This document shows, one piece after another, positions 12,975 through 25,638 of a DNA stretch of 64,000 bases. Every line of letters begins with the position of its first letter. Positions within the stretch are counted from its first letter, which is position 1. The translations under genes were made by a program, and so were the position numbers. The stretch comes from Somniosus microcephalus (taxonomy: Eukaryota): assembly GCA_052327205.1 (NCBI GenBank), contig CM126202.1, forward strand, positions 422,592,001-422,656,000, given 5' to 3'. The notes under the pieces are model-generated. The model worked only from the letters and a program-made list of their open reading frames with translations, was not told the origin of the DNA and did no database searches.

Positions 12975-13667
12975 AGTCATGTCTGAAGAAGAGGAGGACC
13001 TGTGGAGGCATGCCAGGCATGCTCGGCTTCTCGAGAGGTTCTACTGTACATGGCCTCCCACTGTAACCCACATCTGCAGAGAGAGAAGAAATTACCTTAC
13101 TGGCAGACATAATGTTGGTGGAGGCTCCTGACCTAGATGTTCTTGTTCACGCAGCTCAGTTATGTTTTGCATGACTTGATTTTATTTATCAACTATTATA
13201 TTATTTACCAACTATACCAGCAGACCCCTGGCAGCGTCACTATAATATGTGAATACCAAACTAACCATTATGCTATATGGTTCTTCAGAAGTACTCCAAT
13301 CACAGAATGTTATCCTCTAGCTGGTGAGATAGCATGCCAGGGTAATGAACAGTCAGTGTTGGTTATTGGCTGTACCTGTAGGCCATTTAGCCCCTTGAGT
13401 CTGCTCCACCATTCAATTAGAGCATAGCTGATCTGGACCTCAACTCCATTTTCCTGCCTTTGCTCCATATCCTTTGATACCGTTACCATACAAAAATCTG
13501 CCTATCCCAGTCTTGAAAGCTCCAATTGTCCCAGCATCCACAGCCATTTTGAGTAGCGAGTTCCAGATTTCTACTACCCTTTGTGTGAAAAGTTGCTTCC
13601 TGATTTTGCTCCTGAATAGCTTAGCTCTAATTTTAAGATTATTTTCCCTTGTTCTTGATTCTCTCAC

Positions 13668-16056
13668 AAGTTTGCTGACAACATGAAACTAGGTGGGATT
13701 GTGAGCTGTGAGGAGGATGTAAAAAGGCTTCAAGGCAATTAAGACAAGTTGAGTGAGTGGGCAAACACATGGCAGATGCAGTATTACGTGGATAAATGTG
13801 AAGTTATCCACTTTGGTAGGAAAAACAGAAAGGCAGTGTATTATTTAAATGGTGATAGATTGGGAAATGTTGATGTACAGAGGGACCTGGGTGTCCTTGT
13901 ACACCAGTCACTGAAAGCAAACATGCAAGTGCAGCAAGCAGTTAGGAAGGCAAATGGTATGTTGGCCTTCATTGCAGGAGGATTTGAGAACAGGAGCAAG
14001 GATGTCTTACTACAGTTTTACAGGGCCTTGGTGAGACCACACCTGGAGTACTGTGTGCAGTTTTGGTCTCCTTACCTAAGAAAGGACATACTTTCCATAG
14101 AGCGAGTGCAGCGAAGGTTCACCAGACTGATTCCTGAGATGGCAGGACTGTCGTATGAGGAGAGATTGGGTCGACTAGGCCTGTATTCACTAGAGCTTAA
14201 AAGAATGAGAGGGGACCTCATTGAAACGTATAAAATTCTGACAGGGCTAGATAGACTGCATGCAGGGAGGATGTTTCCCCTGGCTTGAAGGGATAATTAC
14301 TAGTCCTAGCCCTTTTCGGGCTACCCCAGATCAGGCATATTCCCCTGATGTTCACCTTCAACTAAAGTTAGAGATAGCCAAATTCTATAAGATGCTTAAT
14401 TGAGTCTAAAGGTCCAGGCTATCTCTCTCTAAAGGAAAGGAATGACTGAAGGTGTTACCATCCTCCAGATAGCACTTTTAATAAGTTTAACTAGACTGTA
14501 ACCTTCCGGATATTATGAGGGTCTGGAAAACCCCCCAGAATTCTGCAACTCCTCACAAAAGAGTATACAGAGATTGAGTTCACGAGTTTGATACAGAAAT
14601 ACTAATTGAGACAATTCTAAAAATATATAAATGTATTAAAGAACCGACATTCAGTTAACAGCTTGTGAGTCAATCGCGACTTTAACAGTTCAAAATACAA
14701 ATAGCTTACATTTCTTATTCTCAGAGATCCTTATTCTCAAATCTTAACTTTGTACATTTTTACATTTCTTATTATTTCTTAATCCAGAATACCCAACAAA
14801 ATCAAATAAGAGTACCTTTGATTCCCGAGACTCAAAGAATTAAAAACTTACAGAGACTGCCTCTGAAGTTGAGAAACGTTTGCCCTTCCAGCGACTTCTG
14901 ACTTTCCATCTGAAAAGCTCTATTTTTATACCTTTTTTTAGTGGTTTATTCTTTGAAGTTTTCTGCTGATGTAAGCTAATTATCTCTAGTCATTCTTTGT
15001 TGAATTCATTTCTATCCTTACTGTCAATTTAGCTGTTAGCTTGCAGACTTCTGTCTGTTGTTTAGATGTTTCAAAACTTATCATAAAATGGCTACAACAG
15101 ATTTATCTCTTTGATGTCATTCTTATTGAAGGTCTTTCATTCAATTTCTAAATAACCTCTGCTGTTTGAAAGCAGATGTCGTGACTCCTATGTGTTCTAA
15201 GTTCAACACAAACACAATGTAATTGCTTGGTGTATCTATTGAAGTCATATCTACAAAGTCTTCTGTAGATATCATATTTACAACATGTAAATTTAAAAAC
15301 ACTTCATCTAGGGTGTTCCATGCATTTCTTAGCTACTTCAATTGGTTGTATATTAATTGTGTTTCCTATTTCATTTGATGTTACTTTTACAAAGGCACAT
15401 GGTATTTTAATGTTCTATGTTTCTGTTTGAAGAGTTAGTTTTTAACACTTTAATTGGGCATTGCTATTGTGTTGGTTCCAAACTGCAGACTTTTTGGAAG
15501 CAAGCCTTTGCTTTTTCAATAGGACCATTGTTTTAGTATTAACAATCAATTCCCATTTCAAAAGCTTGTGTAGTGTTTACAACTTGTGTTAACAACTGAT
15601 CTTCTCAGAAGCCTGTATTGACAGCCTGTGTCGCTGAGGCTTTCTAGACTTTTAAACCCAGTATGTCATGTATTAATAATATCAGAAATCTGTTCATAGG
15701 ATGGTGTATTTCTTGGAATATGGCTTTTTTCTTTACAGGCTGGGGGGTCTAGAACGAGGGGTCACAGTCTCAGGATACTGGGTAGGACATTTAAGACTGA
15801 GCTGAGGAGAAATTTCTTCACTCAGAGGGTGGGGAACCTGTGGAATTCTCTACCACAGAAGGCTGTGGAGGCCAAGTCACTGAATATATTTAAGAAGGAG
15901 ATAGATAGATTTCTAGACACAAAAGGCATCAAGGGGTATGGGGAGAGAGCGTGAATATGGTATTGAGATAGAGGATCAGCCATGATCATATTGAATGGTG
16001 GAGCAGGCTCGAAGGGCCAAATGGCCTACTCCCGCTCCTATTTTTCTATGTTTCTA
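13668..16056 (+). mobile_element. 5'-truncated CR1 LINE interrupted by a solo LTR
   Basis: RT C-terminal ORF at 13749-14288 resumes at 15738; TTTCTATG tail. Confidence 0.92.
14286..15737 (-). mobile_element. 1452-bp solo LTR (ERV-like or other LTR element with a 4-bp TSD)
   Basis: TG...CA termini with a perfect 4-bp TSD GGCT inside CR1 coding sequence; no ORF. Strand inferred from minus-strand TATAAAA (~14925) and ATTAAA (~14480). Confidence 0.8.
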
Positions 16057-16676
16057 CCAGAGGAAACAGTTTCTCTGTATCTACCCTATCAAATCCTTTT
16101 AACATTTTAAACACCTCAATTAAATCACCTTTCAATCTTCTATACTCAAGGGAATACAAACCAAGTTTCTGCAACCTGTCTCATAATTTAACCCTCTTAA
16201 GACCCAGTATCATTCTGGTGAACCTGCGCTGCACCCTCTCCAAGGCCAATATAGCCGCCCTTTGTTTAACGCTTCTAAATATCTGACAGCAGAATCCTCA
16301 TTCCCTTGGGATGTGTTGTGCAATTCCCAAAGCCACTGCAGAAAGTGAGCAGTCAGAACAGGGTTGTGCAATGGTAAAAGATACTTAATATGGAAGCTTC
16401 AAGATGTGCTTATTGAGCCATGAAAGAGAATCAACCATTTAACAGAGCTTTACACATGATCAAACAAAGACTGAACACGCTTCTCGAGTAAAGTGGATTA
16501 GATCAAGCTTTGCCATTCCTATATCTCTTGATAGAGACTTAAGAATATATATACATATATACATCCATATTACAAATCTACTATCAGCATCACAAATCCA
16601 GTTTTTTTTCCTCTACAAATTTTCTTCCAACTTTTGCCCTTCTCCATCTGAAGGTATTCACTTCCTCACTGGCTAT

Positions 16677-18850
16677 TACATAGCATATACAGCACAGTAA
16701 CAGGCCATTTGGCCCAACCAGTCCATGCCGGTGTTTATGCTCCACTCGAGCCTCCTCCCGTCTTTCCTCATCTAAATCTATCATCATAACCCTCTATTCC
16801 CTTCTCCCACATATGCTTATCTAATTGCTCCTTAAATGCATCTATACTATTCGCTTCAACCACTCCCTGTTGTAGCGAGTTCCACTTTCTCACCATTGTC
16901 CGGGTAAAGAAGTTTCTTCTGAATTCCCTATTTGATTTCTTGGTGACTATCTTATATCGATGGCCTCTAGTTTTGTTCTTCCCCACAAGTGGAAACACTC
17001 TCTGTATAGCTACCCTATCAAAACCTTTAACGGTTTTAAAGACCTCTATTAGGTTATCCCTCAGCCTTGTCTTTTGAAGAGAAAAGAGACCCAGCCTGTT
17101 CATCCTTTCCTGATACACTACTTTTCAATTCTATCCCTCTAGAAATAAACCCTAGTTCTTGGTTTGCTTTTTTTATGGACTTGTTAACCTGTGTCAATAC
17201 TTTTAGTGATTTGTGTATTTGTACTCTGAGATCCCTTTGCTCCTCTACCCCATTTAGATTCTTATTTTCCAAGTAATATGTGACCTCCCTATTTTTCCTA
17301 CCAAAATGTAATACCTCACATTTATCTGTGTTGAATTTCATTTGCCAATTATATGCCCACTCTGCAAGTTTATTAATGTCTTCTTGTAATTTGTTGCAGT
17401 CATCCTCAATATTGACTATCCCTCCCCCCCCCCAATTTGGTGTCATCCACAAATTTAGAAATTGTATTTTTGATTCCAAAGTCTAAATCATTAATATAAA
17501 TTGTGAACAACAATGGTCCCAGCACTGATCCTTGTGGAACACCACTACCCACCTTCTGCCACTCTGAATAGCTACCCTTTACACCTACTCTCTGCTTTCT
17601 GTCTTGAAGCCAACTAGCTATCCATTCTGCTACCTGTCCCCTGACTCCACATTCCCTGACCTTATTCATTAGTCTATTATGTGGTACCTTATCGAAGGCT
17701 TTTTGAAAATCTAGATAAATTACATCTACTGAATTACCCTTGTCTACTGTTTCTGTTACCTCTTCAAAAAGTTCAATTAGGTTGATCAAGTAAGACTTTC
17801 CCTTTTGAAATCCATGCTGACTATTTTTTTATTATATTTTTGGTTTCTAGATGTTCTTCCATTTTCTCCTTTAGTAAGGATTACATTATTTTTCCTACCA
17901 CCGATGTTAAGCTGACTGGTCTATCTCCCTTCTTAAATGTAGATATTATGTTAGCTATCCGCCAGTCCTCTGGCACTACACCTTTTTCTAACGAATTACT
18001 TAATATGTGTAGTAATGCCTCTGCTATCTCTTCCCTAGATTCTTTTAAAATGCACGGATGTAATCCATCCGGACAAGGGGTTTTATCCTCCTTGAGTTTC
18101 ATTAGTTTATTTAATATATCTCCTCATTTTATTTTAAATGCAGTTACCTCATTACTAATCGCATCATCCGATGTCATCTCCACCTGTTCTATCTCCCTGG
18201 TAAATACTGAAGCAAAGTAATTATTTAATATCTCTGCCACCTCTCTATCGCTGCCTGTGGTATTATTATATCCATCCCTGAGTGGCCCAATTCCCATCCT
18301 GACCTTCCTCTTTTTATTTACGTGCCTGTAAAATATTTTACTATTTTGTTTTATGTTCCTTGATAATTTAATTTCATAGTTCCTCTTTGCCTTCCTAATT
18401 GTTTTCTTGCCTTCTCTCCTAATCTCTTCATATTCTCCTTTATCATGCTCTCTCCTGCTGTCCATTTACTTAATGTATGCCTCTTTCCTTACCCTCAATT
18501 TTTCCCTTATGGCTTTATTCATCCATGGTGTCTCATTAGTGTTTAGCTTGTTCTTGTTTTTTAGCAGAATATATTTTTCCTGGATTCTGTTGAACACCAT
18601 TTTAAATGTTTCCCATTGCTGTCCCACATCACTGTTTGCCAATATTGTTGTGCATTTTATTTTTCCAAGTTCTATTCTCATCCCCTCAAAATCAGCTTTT
18701 CTCCAATCTATTACCCTGGTCTTTGTCATACTTATGTCTTTCTCAATTATTATCTTAAAGCATATTATATTATGGTCACTATTGCCTAGATGCTCCCCTA
18801 CTTTTACTTCTCTTATCTGCTCTGGTTCATTCCTCATTACTAGATCCAAT
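16677..18850 (-). mobile_element. Decayed CR1 LINE (endonuclease C-terminus plus RT, with internal deletions)
   Basis: ORF fragments with LGNSDHN (APE endonuclease), PWM, DFQKAFD, GVPQGS and FVDD; CR1 3' end near 16680. Confidence 0.92.
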
Positions 18851-20340
18851 AGCGATTTTAGCGGTGCCCACGAAATTAACCTGGCAGTTTGTGGTGGCGC
18901 TAAACACTACCGCCATGATTTCCTGCGCCTGGAGATCATGACATCATCAAAGCGCGCATCGCCCTGGTAGCGCCCTGGATTGGAAATTGATTCTCGTCCC
19001 CTGCCTCAGCGCCAGGCGCTAGGAATGACAGGTAGAGGCGGATGGTTTGCAGTCGGTTAGAAGTTGGGGCAGCGCTATTTAAAGCCATGTGCTTCCTGCT
19101 TTTTCCTGTCGGCAATCAATTCTACATACGCAGGTTAAGAGAGGGAGAGAGACATCTGGAAACATTTAACGCTATCCTACTTGAAGGAGTTTTGTTCGTC
19201 AGTAAGACTTTTCAGGTTCCCATTTCTGTAAGCTTTATTACTACCATATTTAGAAGATTTAATGGGGGCTGTACTAGCACGGGGCCTCGTCCTCCAGCTT
19301 CACCGTCGCAGGCAGCGGAGGCGGAGAGAGAGAGTGAAAACGTGACCAGAGGGAGGAGGGCCAACAGGGCACTGCAGAGGAGAACTTACCCTCCCAGGGT
19401 ATTCCAGGAGCAATTCTCACACATTCATCTGTCTGAGGAGCAGTGCCTTAGAAGGCACCGCTTCAGCAAGGAGGTGGTCACAGAGCTCTTCCACCTCCTG
19501 CAGCCAGAGCTCCAGCCTCAGCTCAGGACCAGGATGTCTGTCGGTGGCAGTGAAGGTGATAGTGGCTCTCAATTTCTACGCTAGCGGCTCCTTCTAAGCT
19601 TCAACAGGCCATCAATGTCTGCAAGGTGCGAGATGTGGACGTGACTTTTAGTAGATGGGCATAATTGTTGGGTGAGTGTTGGGGATTTGGCACTTTATAC
19701 CACCTGTTCACAGAGTGAGGTTGCGATGGTGGCATGTAGAGGTATTTGAAGCATCTACTCACCTGACCACCTAAATGAGGTCGTTCAACTTCTTGCAGCA
19801 CTGCATGTGAGTCCTTTGGACCAGGCTCCTGGACAATATGTAATGGGCAACCTCCCTCCACATCCTTGTGAACTCCCGGGGCAATGTCCTCCTGCCAGTG
19901 TCTGGAAAAATCACTGCCCATCGGCATTCCACAGCCACAACCAGAGCCACCAATGCCTGGTCGCTAAACCGGCGAGCTCTCTCCCTGGGCCTCTGAGTAG
20001 CCATGATAATCTTTGGTGCAGATTTGCACCTCCTTGCAGGCCCAGGTCAAATGCAGCAATGATCAGGCTGTGGCTATGCAGCATGATTGGAAGGCACCAG
20101 TATGTCTGAGGACTAGGTAATTGACAGCGCCGGAACTTGAGTAGCGCCCTGAGGTAGCGCCCAGTTCCCTGACGTTAGCGCCCTAAGAGAAGTGTGTAGC
20201 GCTTGATTTAGCGCTTCAATCACCTCCAGGGGCGCTGGTGATGAATTTCCCGGTCGCCGGTGATAATTTGCGCTGGGCGCTAAATTTTGTGCCCGGCCGA
20301 TATTAGCGCCCCAAAATGGTCGATACTGAATTTTTTCCCC
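18851..20340. mobile_element. Internally deleted Harbinger transposon: transposase N-terminus (+, ~19262-19620) convergent with Myb/SANT exon 1 (-, 19771-20004)
   Basis: LSEEQCLRRHRFSKEVV (Harbinger transposase N-terminus) and RFSDQALVALV...W...RTHMQCCKKLNDL (Myb/SANT-like); right TIR AATTTTTTCCCC; AGCGCC subterminal repeats. Left TIR not found. Confidence 0.85.
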
Positions 20341-20434
20341 ATAGTTCCCCAGCTCTTAGTGTAAATAAAGAAAAAATGTAACACCAACCAATCACCTACC
20401 TGCTGTCCTGTGATGTCCCTCCTTTTTTTGTTTT

Positions 20435-20754
20435 GTGTGTCCTGGGCCTTCTCTGCTCCCGCTCTCTATCTTGCTGCCGCCGCTCCCGCTCAGGTCCAGT
20501 GTGACCTGGGCCTTCTCCGCTCCCGCTCTCTATCTTGCTGCCGCCGCTCCCGCTCAGATCCAGTGTGACCTGGGCCTTCTCCGCTCCCGCTCTCTATCTT
20601 GCTGCCGCCGCTCCCGCTCAGATCCAGTGTGTCCTGGGCCTTCTCCGCTCCCGCTCTCTATCTTGCTGCCGCCGCTCCCGCTCAAATCCAGTGTGTCCTG
20701 GGCTTTCGCCGCTCCCACTCTCTATCTTGCTGCCACCACTCCCGCTCAGATCCG
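20435..20754. repeat. GC-rich minisatellite, 5 x 64 bp
   Basis: Units start at 20435, 20499, 20563, 20627 and 20691 (GTGTGWCCTGGGCCTTCTCCGCTCCCGC...AGATCCA). Confidence 0.95.
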
Positions 20755-21111
20755 CTGTGATTCTACAGACAGCAGTTACCCTCTGGTACCTTGCTCAAGA
20801 GTCCATTATTCATGCGTTTGCATTGACAGTTAGGGCAGGATTTTAACTCCGGTGCGGGATGGTGTCGTGTTATCTGAATTTCATGTTTCCTACACGAATC
20901 TAAATGGATGTGGCAGATTGATGCAATTTTAACTTAAGTGGCCAATTGATTTCCAACGTGTGGGAAGCCTTCACAAATGGGTTTCTCATGACTGAAAGTC
21001 CCCTCCGATGACGTCATCATTGCTGCAGCATTTAAGGTCTACAGCAAGCCTTGCTTCTTCTGCAGGCTTCCAAGCTTTCTCCATTTGGTGTCAGAGGGAC
21101 CTGCAGGAAAG

Positions 21112-23084
21112 ATGACAAGCGAGAGGCCCAGATCAGCTCCTCGTTTCGACGAGGTGGCCCTGCAGGCATTGGTGGATGGGGCTAGGGCCAACAGGGAGGT
21201 GCTCTACCCTTCCTCAGGGAGGAAGAGGCCTCCCAAGCAGACTAAGGCAGTGTGGATGCAGGTGGCTGAGCAGGTCAACTCCTTGGGAGTCACACGGCGA
21301 ACCTGGATTCAGTGCCGGAAAAGATTTCATGACCTTCAGCGCACTGGAAAAGTGAGTATGAATTTCCCATCACCCTCAATCTGACCGCCATTGCCTTTCC
21401 TCACCAGCACTCAGCTTTAGCAATCTCTTCCTCCACATCCCACTTGACACTGACATCCATGCACCCTTACCCATTCCCTCTCTCTCTATGCTCAAATTCA
21501 CATAACTATTTGACTATGCAGCCCTCACACTCCCTATCACTCTGACGCTATGAAAACAACTGACAACACACAGGGAGGGCCCTTGGTCTTGCCACCTCAC
21601 CCATCTTTGTCTCCTTCTAAGTATCTATGCTATGCAATCTCTACACTCACTCCTTCATTCTCACTCAACCTTCACTTGTCTCCCTCATTGCAGGAAAAGA
21701 GAGCTCACAATAAAAGAGAGTGAGCCAGGACAGGAGGAGGGACAGCCTCAATAGCCCACCTGACCCCCTGGGAGGAGGCAGTACTGGAAATAGTGGGACT
21801 GGAGGATGATGCGCATGTGGGGGACGGACAGACGGGTGCAACACAGCAAGCTGGTGACAGAAAAGTTTCCCATCTCTCTCTTTGATATTGCATGAGTCAC
21901 TGATAATGATTGTGAAGCTCTAACAGATGGACTTATGAGCATCTACAAAAAGCAATGTGCATGTAGTCTTGGCATCACATCCCTTTACTCCCCCACAGGA
22001 CCATCACAAGCATCCGTCTCCCCTAGCCAGGAAGAAGAGGCTGAGCAGCCAGACTCCTCAGAGGAAGCTGCAACCTCTGAGGGCACAGCATCACCAGAAA
22101 TCTACGCACCCAGCACCAGTGCAGACACTCACACCTCGGTGGGATCTTCGGGACAGAGTGGTGTTGTCACCTGGTGTATCACAGCTCACAAGTGAGCATC
22201 AGCAGATTGTGGAGACAAGGACAGCAGTGGAGAGTCCTAGTCGGAGGGCGCAGGACTCTGCCAGCTCGGCTCAGCAGCATGTCAACCCTCTGCCTCTGGG
22301 TCCATCCATGAGATCAGCGATGATGGAACTCCAGGAACAGATGCAGGAGTCTCTGGCAGGTTTTGTCTCTAGGGTCACTGCGAGTGTGGAGCGAATGGAG
22401 GAGTCCAAAGCGACCATGACCACAGCCTTTGTGGAGTCATTGGCGCATGAACGCATCACCACAGAAAGGATGGCAACCTCCGTGGAAAGGATGGCTACCG
22501 TAGAGGGGAGGATGGCTACGGTAGAGGAGAGGATGGCTACGGCCATGGAGGAGCTTAGTCGCCAGGGTATGGAAAACATGGTCATTGTTCAGAATAGAAT
22601 GTCATCTCTTGAGGAGCGATGGGCATCTATTGAACAGAGAAACCAAACCTTCATGGAAGTCCTTCTGAGTAGGACTGCCATTGCAGATACGGGTCCCCAT
22701 GGCCCCCCTGATGTGCAGCAAGGTGCTCTCCAGCCACTTGCAGGCGCTGAGGGGGACCTGACCCATGAGAGGGAGGTTGGTGGCAGACCTCAAGGAAGTG
22801 GGGGCTCCTCTCCAAGCGCTCACACTTCCATGCCACTGCAGAGCCCTCAGTCAGAGCCCCACCGGAGTCCACACCCAAGGGAGATAGGCGTCTCAACCCT
22901 TTCACAGCCGCAGGAGTAGCAGACTGTTGACGAGCCCTCACAGGCTTGCCACCCCAGAGAACACCCGCCAAAGGTGTCGAGACAGGAGCAGCAGCAAAGT
23001 GAGCAAGGGGCCTCCACATCTGCTGAAGCCACAGGGGAGGCACCATGTAGGAGCACGCGTAAGAGTAAAATTCTGCACAAATAG
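21112..23084 (+). pseudogene. Harbinger Myb/SANT-like DNA-binding protein, 3 exons (21112-21351, 21694-21853, 21999-23084)
   Basis: APRFDEVALQALV...W...RTWIQCRKRFHDL; GT-AG junctions conserved with the copy at 51061. Disabled by TGA at 21721, a frameshift near 22150 and TAG at 22917. Confidence 0.88.
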
Positions 23085-23341
23085 TCACAAGGGTAGTCAC
23101 TTGGGTGCAATTTTGTGTTTACTGCAAAAATGCCATCACTTCGTTAATGTACATAAAATTTCTGATGGCAAATGTTGCAGTTGTATCGTCTGTCATTTCG
23201 CTAGTGGGACTTCCACATTGAGGGCTTAGGCATACTTGCAACTGTCAGTATGGTGGTCAGAGTACTAGGAATCCTCCGGTTCTTGGTCATTGTCAGTGCT
23301 CTGGTAAGAAGCTGCGAGGCAAAAGTGTTTGTTTGACTAGG

Positions 23342-24580
23342 CTAAGCAAATCTGGCCAGGATGAGTGCGTTCCTTGCATCCTGGGCAGCAATGTTCTCAC
23401 GTAATGCTGCCACTAGTTGATGGGCCTCTGCAGGATGTTCATTTTCGCACTCCTCCTCCTCCTCATCTGAGGAGGGTATGTGAGGAGCCATTTGGTCCTC
23501 AGGAATCTGCAAGCCACGACGCTGTGCCATGATGTGAAGTGCACAGCAAACCACGATGATTCTGGAGACCCTGGCTGCTGAGTACTGCAGGGCTCCAGCT
23601 GATCTATCCAGGCATCTGAAGCTCATCTTCAGCAAACCGATGGTTTGCTCGATTATGGCTCTGGTGGACATGTGGCTGGAGTTGTAGCTCTCCTCAGCTT
23701 CGTTGGATGGTCTCCTCAACGGCGTTATTAGCCACGTCCTCAGGGGATAGCCCTTGTCTCCAAGTAGCCATCTGTTAAGTTGGTCTGGCGGACTGAATAG
23801 CGGAGGCACACTAGACTGGCGCAGTATGAAGGAGTCATGGCAACTGCCAGGGTACATGGCACAAACATGCAAAATTTCCATCTTGTGGTCACACACCAGC
23901 TGAACGTTAAGGGAGTGGAAGTCCTTGCGGTTGATAAAAATACTTGGATTGCGATGGGTTGCCTTAAGGGCCACATGTGTACAGTCAACGATGCCCTGCA
24001 CCCTAGGAAAGCCTGCCAGGTGAGCTAATCCAACTGCTCATGCCGTTACACTTGCTCGATCCTTGGTGAAATGGATGTGATTGTGCGCGAGGGCAAAGAG
24101 GGCATCGGTTACCTGCGTGATGCAAGTGTGTGCGGCCGCCTGGGAGATGCCGCTGATGTCTGCTGCTGATCCCTGGAATGAGCCTGAGGCAAAAAAGTTG
24201 AGTGTGGTGGTGACTTTGACGGCCACTGGTAATGCTTGCCCACCTGGCCCTCTGGGCAGCAGGTCTTGCTGTAGCATTGCGCAGATGTCACTCACTACCT
24301 CTCGTGAAAGTCGGAGCCGCCTTTGGCACTGCTGCTCAGACATGTTGAGATAGCTGACCCTGCGTCTGTAGACCCTGTTTGGGGGGTATCTCCTGCACCG
24401 ACGGGCTTCCAGGCGCTGGCCCCTTCTGGCCTGTGCAGCCTCAGGTAGGTGAGCATCAGCCTGCCGCTCCTGCTGCTGCTGCTGTTGCTGGTGCTGCTGT
24501 TATTCCTGGTTCTGCTGCTGCCGCGCCTGGTGCTCGAGCTCCTCTAATGCCCAGAAGGGAAGGAAATAAATGGCTCCCAT
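23342..24580 (-). pseudogene. Harbinger (HARBI1-like) DDE transposase, disrupted
   Basis: [35 protein letters not shown] and [12 protein letters not shown] motifs; stops and frameshifts in the N-terminal half. Confidence 0.92.
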
Positions 24581-25638
24581 GCTTCTGGTATATGCCTCCA
24601 TTGAGGAAGCGCTGAGTGTAGGTGGCGAGAGGGGTTTCCCAGGAGGTCACACTGGAAATGGGTGTCAGGCTCCAACCTTCCACAGGTGTGGTTAAGCCTT
24701 CTAAAAGTTGCCCCAGACCTGAGACCACTAAGTCCTGCCACCTGCAAATCATGGCTGATCAAATCTTCTCTTTAATGGTTGACCTGCAGTTGATAATCAG
24801 CAATCCATTAGTGATCCCGCCAGGTTTCACATTCGTGTTTCCCACCAGGTGTGTTTTACGTGGGAAAAGGGTTACATTCGCAAGGGCCTTTTAAAATTGG
24901 ATTATAGAGGCCATTTAGTGGTTGTTAAGGGCCTTAACGACCAGTCCCGCCTGTTGGATGCGGGACGGAGTCGGGACCATCAGACACGCCTGAGTTAAAA
25001 TTGCTTGGAGTCTGTGGTGTATGTGCCTTTAAGAGCCCCAGGTGTGCGTAATGCCGGTAATTGCCACTTGGGCTATATAAGCCTGTGTATTATGTATATC
25101 CTTTAGAAACCCCCCCCCAGACTTTGCTTAGTAAATACCTATGAACCAACTCCTGTCTTCAGTGTCTTTATCAACACACGGACACTACAGTGGCGACGAA
25201 GTGGAAACGGACTTACCTGCAATTCGGCAGCACCTCAAGGACATCGATTCCTCCGGCGTCCAGAAGACTCAAGGAAGTGAGAAAAGCTGTGGTTTCACCA
25301 GCTGGCCAAGCTGGTGGCAGGTACTGCGCTAATCCTTCCTGGGCGTCAGGCTGGGGCTCCAGCGGCGGGCTGTACAGCTGAGACAGGCAGCGAAATCGGA
25401 GGCAAGCAATAACGGACTGGGAGGGAGCACTCGGGAGACGGCCAGCGCGGCAAACAGGTCAGCGTTCAGACCTCCGGCGGGAACGAGTCTCCAACAGTAA
25501 ATTAAAAAACATAAAGAGAACGGGAACCGCAGTAAACAGCGTTGTTATCGGCAGCAGTGGTGGGAAAGCGCGGGAAGCGCCATATTTTTGCTACAGAAAA
25601 GAAAAAAAAAGCGCGGGAAGCGCCATATCTTTGCTGAA

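Larger units (their letters stand above)
13378..16253 (-). mobile_element. CR1 3' fragment (13378-13667 and 16057-16253) split by an opposite-strand CR1
   Basis: 13440-13667 encodes the CR1 ORF2 C-terminus (FTQRVVEIWNSL). The sequence resumes at CCAGAGGAAACAG after the insert. Confidence 0.85.

Noticed and set aside
18407-18970. 187-aa hydrophobic ORF and similar antisense ORFs over CR1/Gypsy sequence
   Set aside because: These are shadow ORFs on the strand opposite retroelement coding sequence.
20435-20754. CRISPR-like array, or ORFs 20435-20833 and 20535-20846
   Set aside because: Units are directly adjacent with no unique spacers, the context is eukaryotic, and the ORFs arise from stop-free repeats.
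23342-24001. Domesticated host HARBI1 gene
   Set aside because: It lies within TIRs opposite a Myb gene and has stops and frameshifts, so it is a dead transposon copy.
25191-25200. Self-priming in the plus-strand Gypsy
   Set aside because: It has an ordinary TGG-starting tRNA-type PBS, so it serves as an internal contrast.
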